Assembly: GCA_036676985.1 (NCBI GenBank)
Contig: JAKFBU010000006.1
Span: 15,067 to 79,066 of the forward strand
From: Candidatus Sericytochromatia bacterium
GTDB lineage: Bacteria; Cyanobacteriota; Sericytochromatia; S15B-MN24; UBA4093
Length of the DNA stretch: 64,000 nucleotides
Direction of reading: 5' to 3'
How positions within the stretch are numbered: the first letter of the stretch is position 1; every line of letters starts with the position of its first letter. The notes under the pieces were generated by a model. The model was not told where the DNA came from. It saw nothing but the letters and a program-made list of their open reading frames with translations, and did not search any database. Below, piece after piece: positions 45,965 to 55,626 of this stretch. The position numbers and the translations under genes are program-made.

Positions 45965-48085
45965 ATGGTCGGGGCCTTAGGAGGACAGGGAGGCAAGGGC
46001 ATCCCCCTGCGCGACTTCATCATCGCCGGGGTGATGGTCGCGATCCTGGGCATCCTGTTCCTGCCGATCCCGACCTGGATGCTCGACCTGCTGATCGTCC
46101 TGAACATCACCATGTCGGTCATCATCGTGTTCGTCGCCCTCTACATCGTCAAGCCGCTGGAGTTCGCATCCTTCCCGTCGTTGCTGCTCATCACAGCGCT
46201 TTACCGACTGGCGCTGTCGGTGGCGACCTCCCGATCGATCCTGCTCCATGCCGAGGCGGGCCACGTGGTCGAGACCATGGCCGAGTTCGTCATGGGCGGC
46301 AACTACATCGTCGGCATCATCATCTTCATCATCCTCATCATCGTGAACTTCATCGTCATCACCGAGGGCTCGAAGCGTATCGCCGAGGTCGCGGCCCGCT
46401 TCACCCTGGACGCCATGCCCGGTAAGCAGATGTCCATCGACGCGGACCTGGCGGCCGGCCTCATCGACGGCGAGCAGGCGAAGAAGCGGCGCGAGGAGCT
46501 GGTCCAGGAGGCCAACTTCTTCGGCTCCATGGACGGTGCCAACAAGTTCGTGAAGGGCGACGTCATCGCCTCGATCATCCTCATCATCGTCAACATCGTG
46601 GGCGGCATCCTGATCGGCATCCTCATGAAGAAGATGGACGTCATGACCGCCCTCGCCAAGTACGCCATCCTGACGGTCGGCGATGGCCTGGTCGCCCTCA
46701 TTCCCGGCATCCTCATCTCCATCTCGGCGGGTCTGGTCAGCTCGCGCTCGTCTTCGGACCAGAACCTCGCGGCGGACCTCAAGAAACAGGTCTTCACCAA
46801 CCCCAAGAGCATGGGCGTCGCCGCGGCCGTCATCTTCCTCATCGCCTGGGTGCCGGGCTTCCCCAAGATGTTCTTCATCCCCATCGCCATCGGCATGGGC
46901 ATCGCGGCCTTCCTGACGGTCCGCAAGTCGATGATGCCCCAGGGCATGGCCGACGACTACGGCATGCCCATGGACGACATGATGGACGACTACCAGCCGG
47001 AGTCGGAGGAGGACCTCAAGAACCCCGAGAACGTCATGAAGATGCTCGGCGTCCCGCCCCTCACCCTCGAGTTGGGGCTGGACCTGGTGCCGTTGGTCGA
47101 TCCGGGCCTCGGCGGCGAGCTGATGGACCGCGTGGTTCCCATGCGCGTGAACATCGCCCTGGACCTGGGCTTCGTCATGCCGGGCATCCAGTTCAAGGAC
47201 AACCTCAACCTGCGCCCCAACGCCTACCAGATCCTGGTCAAGGGCAACCAGGTGGCCATGGGCGAGCTGCTCGTCGGCTACATGCTCGCCATCCAGCAGA
47301 GCACGACCGACACGAGCCAGGAGCTGGTCGGCTTCCCCACCACGGATCCAGCCTTCGGCAAGCCCGCGGTCTGGGTCGCGGGCGCCGAGGCCCAGCGTGC
47401 AGCGCAGCTCGGCTACCTCATCCAGGACCCCACCAACGTCCTCACGGCTCACATGGAGCACACCGTGCGCTCGTACGCGCACGAGATCCTGAGCCGCGAG
47501 GAGGTCCAGATGATGCTGAACCGCCTCAAGGAGAAGGCCCCCGTCACGGTCAAGGACCTGGTCCCCGAGATCCTCTCGCTGTCGGAGGTCCAGCGGATCC
47601 TGCAGGGCCTCATCCGAGAGGGCGTCAGCATCCGCGATCTGGCGACCATCCTGGAGCGCCTGGCCGACTACGGCAAGATGACCAAGGACACGTTCCTCCT
47701 GGTCGAGATGATCCGCCAGCAGCTCTCGCGCCAGATCTGCGCCTCGCTCGCGACCGAGGAGCTCGTCATCGAGGTCATCACCCTCGATCCGGGCGTGGAG
47801 AACACCATCCAGGGCTCGATCACCAACACCCCGCTCGGCCCGCAGGCGGCGGTCAACCCGCAGATCATGCAGCTCATCCTCGCGCGCTTGGCCGCCGTCC
47901 ACCAGGAGGCCGTCGCGCGCGGCTCCAACCCTGCGCTCTTGACCAACCCGACCATCCGGCCGCACGTCAAGAACCTCATCGAGCGGAACTTCCCCACCAT
48001 GTCCGTCATCTCCTACGCGGAGATTAATGCCAAGTTTAAGGTGCAGTCCGTCGGCCAGGTCTCCATCGCCGTCGGTGTGACGTAG
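45965..48085 (+). CDS. flhA: Flagellar export gate protein FlhA
   Basis: FPSLLL, RIAEVAARFTLDAMPGKQMSIDADL, GSMDGANKFVKGD and EGVSIRDL motifs. Confidence 0.97.
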   Translation: MVGALGGQGGKGIPLRDFIIAGVMVAILGILFLPIPTWMLDLLIVLNITMSVIIVFVALYIVKPLEFASFPSLLLITALYRLALSVATSRSILLHAEAGHVVETMAEFVMGGNYIVGIIIFIILIIVNFIVITEGSKRIAEVAARFTLDAMPGKQMSIDADLAAGLIDGEQAKKRREELVQEANFFGSMDGANKFVKGDVIASIILIIVNIVGGILIGILMKKMDVMTALAKYAILTVGDGLVALIPGILISISAGLVSSRSSSDQNLAADLKKQVFTNPKSMGVAAAVIFLIAWVPGFPKMFFIPIAIGMGIAAFLTVRKSMMPQGMADDYGMPMDDMMDDYQPESEEDLKNPENVMKMLGVPPLTLELGLDLVPLVDPGLGGELMDRVVPMRVNIALDLGFVMPGIQFKDNLNLRPNAYQILVKGNQVAMGELLVGYMLAIQQSTTDTSQELVGFPTTDPAFGKPAVWVAGAEAQRAAQLGYLIQDPTNVLTAHMEHTVRSYAHEILSREEVQMMLNRLKEKAPVTVKDLVPEILSLSEVQRILQGLIREGVSIRDLATILERLADYGKMTKDTFLLVEMIRQQLSRQICASLATEELVIEVITLDPGVENTIQGSITNTPLGPQAAVNPQIMQLILARLAAVHQEAVARGSNPALLTNPTIRPHVKNLIERNFPTMSVISYAEINAKFKVQSVGQVSIAVGVT

Positions 48086-48209
48086 CGCACAAATCAAGTC
48101 CTGACCGACTTTTAGCAAAGATTTAACAATCCGCTAAAGACAAAGCCGCGATCATCGGTTAAGATAGGACTATCGAAATTAACCTTGGCTTAACCGCAGA
48201 GGGGCTTAC

Positions 48210-48497
48210 ATGATTCGCACTGAGACCAACGTCGAGCTCACCACGCTGACCCTGCCGTCGGCTCCCACCCTCCAGATCCACACGCTGGCGGACCCGGAGC
48301 TGGATGCGCGCACCGAGCGTTTCTTCGAGGGCGTTGAGAAGCTGATCTTCGCCAACGAATCCGACGAGCTGCAGAAGGCCATGCTCCTGCGCCGTTACGC
48401 TCGTCTCTTGGGCCTCAACGGAGAGCGCCACCTGGCCGAGATGGCCAACCAGCTGGCCGAGACCTACGACGCGACGACGCGTCAGTTCCGGCACTAA
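48210..48497 (+). CDS. Hypothetical 95-aa helical protein
   Basis: GAGGGG RBS, typical codon bias, AT-rich upstream region and downstream terminator. Confidence 0.7.
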   Translation: MIRTETNVELTTLTLPSAPTLQIHTLADPELDARTERFFEGVEKLIFANESDELQKAMLLRRYARLLGLNGERHLAEMANQLAETYDATTRQFRH

Positions 48498-48509
48498 AGC
48501 AACCGTCGC

Positions 48510-48542
48510 GGCGGGCCCCGAAAGGGGTCCGCTATTTTTTTT
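48510..48542 (+). terminator. Intrinsic terminator
   Basis: GGCGGGCCCC-GAAA-GGGGTCCGCT followed by a T8 run. Confidence 0.8.
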
Positions 48543-48637
48543 GCGCGCATGACGAGGGGGCGCTTGTGGGGTAGAAAAGGGGTGGTAGGTCCCTTATGAT
48601 GGGACCGACACGGCTCCAGTGGTCCGAAGGGAAGCGA

Positions 48638-49996
48638 ATGACGGCGATTCCGCCCCACGACATTGCCCAGATCCTGATCGGTCGAGAGGCCAGGAAGGCC
48701 GAGCGCCGCATCAACCAGGTGCGGGCCATGCTGCTCCTCGTCGGCCTGTTCGTGGTGGTCCCCATCCGGCTGCTGACCTATGGCTTGACGGGCGGATCGG
48801 GAAACCTGGCGGCGACCGTCGCCGTCCTGGTCCTCGGCCTCTTGGCCAGCCTCGCCTTGGGCTGGAAGATGCGGGATCCGGAGTTCCCCGAAGGCCTGGC
48901 GATCGTCGGCATCGTCCTGGACTTCGGCCTCGTGGCGGGACTCATCCTCTCGCAGGTGCTGGCCGGACTCTCGAACGCCGGCGAGCTGTCGCACCGGATC
49001 CACGAGCTCTTCCTGCCGCTCGGCTATGCCATGAACGCCCTCTCGGGCATGCGCCTGAGCCATCGCCAGGTCTTGCTCAGCGGTTCTTTGTGCGCGGGGT
49101 TGCTGGTCGAGGCGACCCTGTTCGACCTCTTCCTGTTCCGGTTGCCCTACTATGCGGCGACGACGGTGATTGCCGTCTGCATGGTGGCCGTGACGACCAT
49201 GGCCTCGTACTTCATGGTCTCCAAGGCCCGGGCGCTCCTGGCCGAGGCGGCCGCAATGGAGTCGGAGGCCATGCGGGTGCGTGGCGTCCTGTCGCGCTAC
49301 GTCTCTCAGCCGGTGGCCGAGACGGTGCTCCAGGAGGACCTGGCCCTCTCGGTGGGACGTCGCCAGCGCGTGACGGTCCTCTTCTCGGACATCCGCGGCT
49401 TCACGAAGATGTCCGAGCGCATGCCGCCGGAAGACGTCGTCTCGGTCCTCAACGCCTACTTCTCGCGGATGGTGCGGGTCGTGTTCGCCTACGACGGCAT
49501 GCTGGACAAGTACATCGGCGACGGCATGATGGTCGTCTTCGGCGCGCCCGTCCAGCATCCGGACCATGCCATGCGGGCCGTTCAGGCGGCCCTGCGCATG
49601 CGCGAGGAGCTCGAGCTCCTAAACGAGGAGCGGGCGGCGCGCGGGGAGGCTGCCCTGCAGATCGGGATCGGCATCCACACCGGCGAGGCGGTCATTGGGA
49701 ACATCGGGACCGAGCAGCGCCTCGACTACACGGCCATCGGCGACACGGTCAACACGGCGAGCCGCATCGAGAGCCTCACCAAGGAGCACGGCACGGACAT
49801 CCTCCTGAGCAGCGAAACGTTCGCGGCGGTCATGGGGGCCGTGGAGGCCGAGGCGGTGCCCAACGTGCAGATCCGCGGCAAGACCATGAACCTGGACCTC
49901 TTCAAGCTCGCGGGCCTGAAGCCCGAGGTGTCGGAGGCCGATCGGGTCACCAGCCGCCTGCCCGCCGCGCGCACGCCCACCAAGTTCCTCTGGTAG
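48638..49996 (+). CDS. Membrane-bound class III adenylate/guanylate cyclase
   Basis: About 6 TM helices; FSDIRGFT, DKYIGDG, GIGIHTG and YTAIGDTVNTASRIE (Lys/Thr specificity residues point to ATP). Confidence 0.93.
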   Translation: MTAIPPHDIAQILIGREARKAERRINQVRAMLLLVGLFVVVPIRLLTYGLTGGSGNLAATVAVLVLGLLASLALGWKMRDPEFPEGLAIVGIVLDFGLVAGLILSQVLAGLSNAGELSHRIHELFLPLGYAMNALSGMRLSHRQVLLSGSLCAGLLVEATLFDLFLFRLPYYAATTVIAVCMVAVTTMASYFMVSKARALLAEAAAMESEAMRVRGVLSRYVSQPVAETVLQEDLALSVGRRQRVTVLFSDIRGFTKMSERMPPEDVVSVLNAYFSRMVRVVFAYDGMLDKYIGDGMMVVFGAPVQHPDHAMRAVQAALRMREELELLNEERAARGEAALQIGIGIHTGEAVIGNIGTEQRLDYTAIGDTVNTASRIESLTKEHGTDILLSSETFAAVMGAVEAEAVPNVQIRGKTMNLDLFKLAGLKPEVSEADRVTSRLPAARTPTKFLW

Positions 49997-50037
49997 GCGC
50001 CTTCAGCCCGTTTCTACTGTCAACGCAATGCCAGACC

Positions 50038-50091
50038 GGTGGGGCAGGCCTCCGTGCCTGCCCAGTGACAGGCGCGGAGGCCTGTCCCACC
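50038..50091. repeat. GTGG-type REP doublet (family D)
   Basis: Inverted pair GGTGGGGCAGGCCTCCGTGCCTG and CAGGCGCGGAGGCCTGTCCCACC, between convergent genes. Confidence 0.7.
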
Positions 50092-50104
50092 AGCTTGTTC
50101 GAGA

Positions 50105-51181
50105 TCAGAGCTGGCATGGCTCGACGTCGTCCCAAGCCTCGCCCAGCACGTTGTTGAGGATGGCCAGGGCCCGTAGGGTCTCGTTCAGGACGTCGTAGCG
50201 CCAGACCTTGTAGGAACCAGCCACCAGAGTCCCGATGTAGAGCGATCGCCCGTCCTCCCCGAACACCACGTCGAGGATCCCCACGGGCCCATTCACCCCG
50301 AGGTTCACGTAGGGAACGACGTCCACCAGCCCGGTCGCCAGATCGATGACCAGGAGCCTGTGGTCGGCGATCGCGCACGCGATCAGCTGGCCGTTGGGAC
50401 TGATGGCCACGCGCCCGAAGCCGTACCCCGCGCCTGCGAGGGCCGTGCCCGAAAGGGGGACCACCTGGATGAGCCCAGGGGTCGCGACGTCGTAGAGGTA
50501 GACGGTGCCGTCCACGTTGAGCACGAGCAGCGTCCCATCGGCCGACAGATCGACGTCCCAGATCACGCCGGGCCCGGCGAGGGCGTCGAGCTCGGCGGCG
50601 ATGTCCGTCAGCTCGCGGGTCTTGGTGGCGTACACGGGATCGGTGGGCTTGAGGACGAGCGTTCCCCGGAAGGAGACGTAGGCGAGGAGCTTGCCGTCCG
50701 GCGTGATGGCTGCGATGGGGCCGCCGTCGACAAGTGGTCTGCCGTCCGTGGCCGCCGTGATCCGCTCCTCGGTGATGGGGTCGTAGACGAAGACCTTCGT
50801 GCCGAAGCTGAACAGCACCTTGCCCTTGCCGAAGGCCCGCGGGTTCAGTTGCGCCAGCTGGTCGCAGTCCACCGGGCCGCCGACCTGCTTGCCGTCGGGC
50901 ACCACTCCCGCGAGGGCGGCATTGAGGATGAAGACGTCCATCAGGGCGGCGTCCCACAGAAAGAGCGCCCCCGCGCGGTCCTCGCGGCATGCCGTGAAGG
51001 CCAGGTACCGGGGAGGTGGGGGCGGAGGAACGACCGGGGCGACGACCGCCTCGGGGACGCTCGCCGGCATGATGGCGGTCTGCTGGGCGGGGTTGGGTCC
51101 AGGAGGACTGGCGGGCGGTCCGCCGCAACCGGCCAGGAGGAGGGCGAGCACCGCTCCGATCCAGGGCTTCGTTCGACGCAT
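50105..51181 (-). CDS. Beta-propeller (WD40/TolB-like) lipoprotein
   Basis: Lipobox LAGC and Pro-rich linker; repeats ITPDGKLLAY, LSADGTLLV, ISPNGQLIA and FGEDGRSLY. Confidence 0.78.
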   Translation of the reverse strand: MRRTKPWIGAVLALLLAGCGGPPASPPGPNPAQQTAIMPASVPEAVVAPVVPPPPPPRYLAFTACREDRAGALFLWDAALMDVFILNAALAGVVPDGKQVGGPVDCDQLAQLNPRAFGKGKVLFSFGTKVFVYDPITEERITAATDGRPLVDGGPIAAITPDGKLLAYVSFRGTLVLKPTDPVYATKTRELTDIAAELDALAGPGVIWDVDLSADGTLLVLNVDGTVYLYDVATPGLIQVVPLSGTALAGAGYGFGRVAISPNGQLIACAIADHRLLVIDLATGLVDVVPYVNLGVNGPVGILDVVFGEDGRSLYIGTLVAGSYKVWRYDVLNETLRALAILNNVLGEAWDDVEPCQL

Positions 51182-51504
51182 GGGGCACCTCTCTGAGCAC
51201 GGGGAGCCATCGCGCCACCGTCCGCCCGAGGGACGGATGGGGCACGAAGGGGCTCGTTCACACACCGAGGGGGAGCCTAACGGATGCTTGGTCGGCTAAA
51301 AACCGTAGTGATTACCGAATAGGAAACGACGCTGTGTACGAAAGGCAAGAGGCCCTTGTACGGATCCGAGCGATCGGGCAAGGCGTCGGCAGCGAAAGCC
51401 TTTGCCCGTCGAGCGCTTGACCTGGGAGCGGTCACGACGCAAGGTTGCAACTTTACGGTGCGATAACGATAGAGTTAATGTCTGGCTAAGATGAAGGAGG
51501 GGGC

Positions 51505-53502
51505 GTGCGACGTCTCGGAGCCTATCTGGTCGCTGGAGTGATGCTTTCGGGGTGCGGTGGTCCGCAGGCCGGCCTGTCCTCGGCCGACGCCGACTCCGTG
51601 CAGGCCGAGCGGGACATCATCTCGCGGGTCTCGGGCGACGCGCCCAACTTCGCCCAGATGAGCAACGGCACCCTCATGACGGTCGTCTCCCGGGATTTCG
51701 GGCGCGGCGCGAAGCCGGGGGCCCTGCTCGAGCTCTACTATCCCCTCTACGCCAGGGACCACCTCTGGGATTCGTATGTCGGCGTGAAGGCGCAGGGCAA
51801 GCTCCGCTGGGCCCATGACCTCCGCCTGGTGGGCCAGTCGCTCGTGCCGGACACGGGCATGGCCGTGACCTCCTTCGAGGGGCCGGGGTACCGCCTGCAG
51901 ATCTCGGACCTGGTCCGGCCGGGCCGCAACGCCCACGTGCGCCGGGTGAGCGTCACCAACACCTCCGCCCAGCCGCTGACGGACCTTTCCGCCACCTGCT
52001 ACGCCTTCTTCACCCTGAACCACCTGCCGGGGGGCGATCGCCTCCGCTACGATCGCGCATCCGGGGCCCTGGTTCAGACCAACAAGGGCGTCTCCGTGGC
52101 GCTTGCTTCCGATCGCTCCACCGAGGCCTGGCACTGCGGCAACGCGAACCAGCCGCTCGGCGCCAAGCAGGACGCGCGTCTGGCTGCCGAGCAAGGGCGC
52201 CTTGCGAGCAACGAGAGCGCCGAGACCGCGGTGACGGGCGTCAACGGCGCCATGCAGCAGCCCCTGCCGGATCTGGCTCCCGGGGCCACGGCCGAGGTCA
52301 CCTACGCCATCGGGGTGGGCAACGCCGATGGTGACGCGGTCGCCGAGGCCCGCAACGCCCTGGGCACGGGCTGGGCGGCCGTCCGGGCCGAGGAGGCCTC
52401 TCACTGGGCATCCGTGCTGGGGGCGGCGCGCACGCCGGCCATGCCCGAGAAGGCTCGCGCGGTCTACCGCCGGGCGGTCATCGCCCTGAAGCAGCACGAG
52501 GCGGTCAACGGTGCGGTCATTGCCGCTCCGACCAACATGAGCCCCGCTTATCGCCTGGCATGGCCCCGCGACGGCTCGATCAACGCCCTGACCATGCTGG
52601 ATCTCGGGTTCGAGCACGAGGCCAAGGGCTTCTTCCAGTTCATGGAGCGGATGCAGCAGCCCTCGGGCGGCTGGGCCATCAACTTCTTCCCGGACGGGTC
52701 GCGGCCCCTGTGGGACTTCGGGCCCAACGGCAACGAGCACGACCAGGTGGGCACCTGGGTCTGGGGCGTCGAGCGCGTCTTCCAGAAGACCGGGGACCAG
52801 GGCTGGATCGCGGCGCGCTATCCGGCCGTCAAGAAGGCTTGCGACTTCCTCGTCTCACAGCAGGAGCCCTCGGGCCTGCTGAGCCGCTGCCGGGATCTCT
52901 GGGAGCTGCACACCGACGGGACCTGGACCTACTCCAACGCCGCCGGCTGGGCGGGGCTTACGGCCGGGGCCGCGATCGCCGAGCGCATGGGCCAGCCTCA
53001 GGAGGCCGCGCGCTACCGTGCCGCCGCCGAGAAGCTGCACCAGGCCATGGGCACGAAGCTGGTCGCCAACGGGGCTTTTGCCCGCGGGCTGCGCAAGGGG
53101 GGGCTCGACACGTCGGCCGAGGTCGCGAACCTGGCGCTCGGCTCGCAGTGGTTCGGGGCGTTCCCCGAGGCGGATCCGCGCATGCGGGCGACGGCCGAGC
53201 GGATCGGCGGGCGTCTGTCGAGCCAGTGGGGCGGCATCCGTCGCTATGAGGGCGACAAGTACTACGACGGCCAGCCCTGGCCTGTGGCGACCGGGTGGTT
53301 GGCGCTGTACAAGCTGTCGGTGGGCGATCGCGCGGGGGCTCAGGCGTTGTTCGACGTGATGACGCGGTACGCCTACGAGACAGAGTCCCTGATGCTCGGG
53401 GAGCAGTACGACGAGAAGACGAAGCGCTGGGTGAGCGCGTTCCCGCTCGCGTGGAGCGAGTCGACGTACATCAAGGTGGCGCAGCAGCTCTACGGACGGT
53501 AG
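51505..53502 (+). CDS. Glycoside hydrolase family 15 (glucoamylase/trehalase-like) lipoprotein
   Basis: Lipobox LSGC; GAVIAAP, WPRDG, DLWE (catalytic acid), LGEQ (base) and PLAWS. Confidence 0.88.
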   Translation: MRRLGAYLVAGVMLSGCGGPQAGLSSADADSVQAERDIISRVSGDAPNFAQMSNGTLMTVVSRDFGRGAKPGALLELYYPLYARDHLWDSYVGVKAQGKLRWAHDLRLVGQSLVPDTGMAVTSFEGPGYRLQISDLVRPGRNAHVRRVSVTNTSAQPLTDLSATCYAFFTLNHLPGGDRLRYDRASGALVQTNKGVSVALASDRSTEAWHCGNANQPLGAKQDARLAAEQGRLASNESAETAVTGVNGAMQQPLPDLAPGATAEVTYAIGVGNADGDAVAEARNALGTGWAAVRAEEASHWASVLGAARTPAMPEKARAVYRRAVIALKQHEAVNGAVIAAPTNMSPAYRLAWPRDGSINALTMLDLGFEHEAKGFFQFMERMQQPSGGWAINFFPDGSRPLWDFGPNGNEHDQVGTWVWGVERVFQKTGDQGWIAARYPAVKKACDFLVSQQEPSGLLSRCRDLWELHTDGTWTYSNAAGWAGLTAGAAIAERMGQPQEAARYRAAAEKLHQAMGTKLVANGAFARGLRKGGLDTSAEVANLALGSQWFGAFPEADPRMRATAERIGGRLSSQWGGIRRYEGDKYYDGQPWPVATGWLALYKLSVGDRAGAQALFDVMTRYAYETESLMLGEQYDEKTKRWVSAFPLAWSESTYIKVAQQLYGR

Positions 53503-53529
53503 CTCCCTTCTAACCTGGCCATACAGTTG

Positions 53530-53677
53530 ACCCCCCCTTCCCCCTTGCCGAAGGCAGGGGGGGCTATTGTTGGACGGCCCCCTATCGGGGCAGATTCCTC
53601 GAGAGCCTTTCAATCACCAATCCTGCGCAGCAGGACTCCCTGTGCCCCCCTTGCGAAGCAGGGGGGGAAGGGGGGGT
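53530..53677. repeat. G/C-tract MITE/REP-like element (family C), copy 2
   Basis: Same terminal repeats as 42170, plus shared internal GGGGCAGATTCCT and ATCCTGCGCAGCAGGACTCCCTG. Confidence 0.85.
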
Positions 53678-53691
53678 ATCTGGGTCGCCAC

Positions 53692-55626
53692 TTACTCGAG
53701 CCGTGGCCCGGGCTCCGAGGACATATCAAACCGGTCCAAATCCCGGATCCGTGGGCAATCCGGCAAGGCACTCAGGATCGTGTGCCCGTAGTTCTTGGTG
53801 AACAGGCGGTTATCCAGGATCGCCACGAGCCCCTGGTCCGTCGCCGTCCGGATGAGCCGGCCGAAGCCCTGCTTCAGCCGGATGATGGCCTCGGGCAAGG
53901 TGTACTCCCGGAACCAATCCCGCCCCTGCATCTTCAGACGCTCCACGTGCGCCTGCACCACCGGATCGTCCGGCACCGAGAACGGCAGCCGGTCGATGAT
54001 GACGCACGACAGCGCATCGCCCGGTACGTCCACGCCCTCCCAGAACGAGCTCGTCGCGAAGAGCACCGCGCTCGGCGTCGTCTTGAACCACTCGATGAGC
54101 TGGCTGCGCGGCAGGTCGCCCTGCTTCTTGAGCGGATACGGCAGCTCGCCCATCAGCGTGTTGTAGGCCGCGTTCATCCCCTTGTAGCTCGTGAAGAGCA
54201 CGAACGCCCGCCCGCGGGTCGCCGTCAGGATGTTCTTGATGGCCTCGCGGGCATGCAGCGCGAACTCGGGCGCGTTCGGCTCCGGCAGGTAGCGCGGCAC
54301 GTACAGGGTCGCCTGGCGCCGGTAGTCGAAGGGGCTCTCCAGCTCCAGCTCCTGCGTCTCCTCGAGGCCCACCTTGCGCTTGAAGTAGCTGAAGTCGCCG
54401 CCCACCCCGAGCGTTGCCGAGGTGCAGACGCCCGGCCGCTGGCTCCAGAGCAGGTCCTTCAACTGAGGCGCCACGTCCAAAGGAGCGCTCTTGAGCTCAA
54501 AGTAGCCCCGGTTCTTGTCCAGCTCCACCCAGTTGACCCGCTCGGCGAGCGTCACGTCCGCGTACTGGCCGAAGTACTCCCAGCGCGCGATGAGGTTCTC
54601 GAGCTGCACCAACAGCCTGGCCCGGTGCAGGGGAGCCTTCTTCGCGATCTCGGCGTCCAAGAGCCCGTTGCCCAGGGACGAGTCCCGGTCGAGCCACATG
54701 CGCAGCAGCTTGAGCTGCTCGATGATCCCTTCCAGGATCTCGATGAACACCGCGTCGGGGTAGAGGCGGTACTGGGGGCGATCGCTCCTGAGCACCCAGT
54801 CCAACAGCCGGCTCTCGTACCCGATGAGGGCGTACGAGATCTCGTCCGGCACCAGCCCGATCCGGCGCCGGATCTTCTGCAGCAGCTTGGTGATGGCGTA
54901 CCGGCCGATGGCGGCCGAGAAGGCGCGGGTGGCTGCCGCGGGCACGTGGTGCGCCTCGTCGAAGATGACGGCCTCGTGGGCGGGCAGGATGCCGCCCGCC
55001 GACGCCAGGTCCACGAAGTACAGGGCATGGTTGGCGATGACGAGATCCGCCTGCGCCGTGCGGGTGCGGGCGAGCTTCTGGGGCGATTGGTCGTAGAATT
55101 CGCAGCGGGCGCCGAGGCAGTCGTCGGCGTCCGAGTGGACCTCGTCCCACAGCCGCTGGCTGGGCACCCAGGGCAGGGTCGAGAGGTCGCCGTCCCAGTG
55201 CGGCATGTACTCGGCGAGCCGGTCGAACTCCTCGCGCAGCGGATCCTTCGGCGGCAGCCGCCGGTCGACCTCCCAGAACTTCTGCTTGCAGAGGTAGTTG
55301 CCGCGGCCCTTGGCGAGCGCGACCTTGAAGTCGTTGCCCGTCGCCTTCTGGAGGAAGGGGATGTCCTTGGTCAGGAGCTGCTCCTGCAGGGCGATGGTGC
55401 CCGTCGCGACGACGTAGGGCCCCTTGCCCTCGAGCAGCGGGATGAGGTAGCCGAAGCTCTTGCCGCTGCCCGTCCCCGCCTCGATGACGGCATGCTGGCC
55501 CTCGGTCAGCGAGCGATGGATGGTCTCGGCCATCTGCAGCTGAGCCGGACGCGGCTCGTACTGGGGCAGCTTCTGGACGACGTCCTGGAACCGTTCGAGG
55601 AAGGGCTGGGGCTGATCGCTCATCAA
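53692..55626 (-). CDS. DinG/YoaA-family ATP-dependent DNA helicase
   Basis: EAGTGSGKS, KGRGNYLC, DEAH, SATL, FWEGVD and KQGFGRLIR motifs. Confidence 0.93.
   Translation of the reverse strand: MMSDQPQPFLERFQDVVQKLPQYEPRPAQLQMAETIHRSLTEGQHAVIEAGTGSGKSFGYLIPLLEGKGPYVVATGTIALQEQLLTKDIPFLQKATGNDFKVALAKGRGNYLCKQKFWEVDRRLPPKDPLREEFDRLAEYMPHWDGDLSTLPWVPSQRLWDEVHSDADDCLGARCEFYDQSPQKLARTRTAQADLVIANHALYFVDLASAGGILPAHEAVIFDEAHHVPAAATRAFSAAIGRYAITKLLQKIRRRIGLVPDEISYALIGYESRLLDWVLRSDRPQYRLYPDAVFIEILEGIIEQLKLLRMWLDRDSSLGNGLLDAEIAKKAPLHRARLLVQLENLIARWEYFGQYADVTLAERVNWVELDKNRGYFELKSAPLDVAPQLKDLLWSQRPGVCTSATLGVGGDFSYFKRKVGLEETQELELESPFDYRRQATLYVPRYLPEPNAPEFALHAREAIKNILTATRGRAFVLFTSYKGMNAAYNTLMGELPYPLKKQGDLPRSQLIEWFKTTPSAVLFATSSFWEGVDVPGDALSCVIIDRLPFSVPDDPVVQAHVERLKMQGRDWFREYTLPEAIIRLKQGFGRLIRTATDQGLVAILDNRLFTKNYGHTILSALPDCPRIRDLDRFDMSSEPGPRLE

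Noticed and set aside
51370-51412. GGGCAAA...GACGC on the minus strand, resembling a c-di-GMP-I riboswitch
   Set aside because: It lacks the GAAA tetraloop and the GCAAAGC/P3 elements; it is a simple hairpin.
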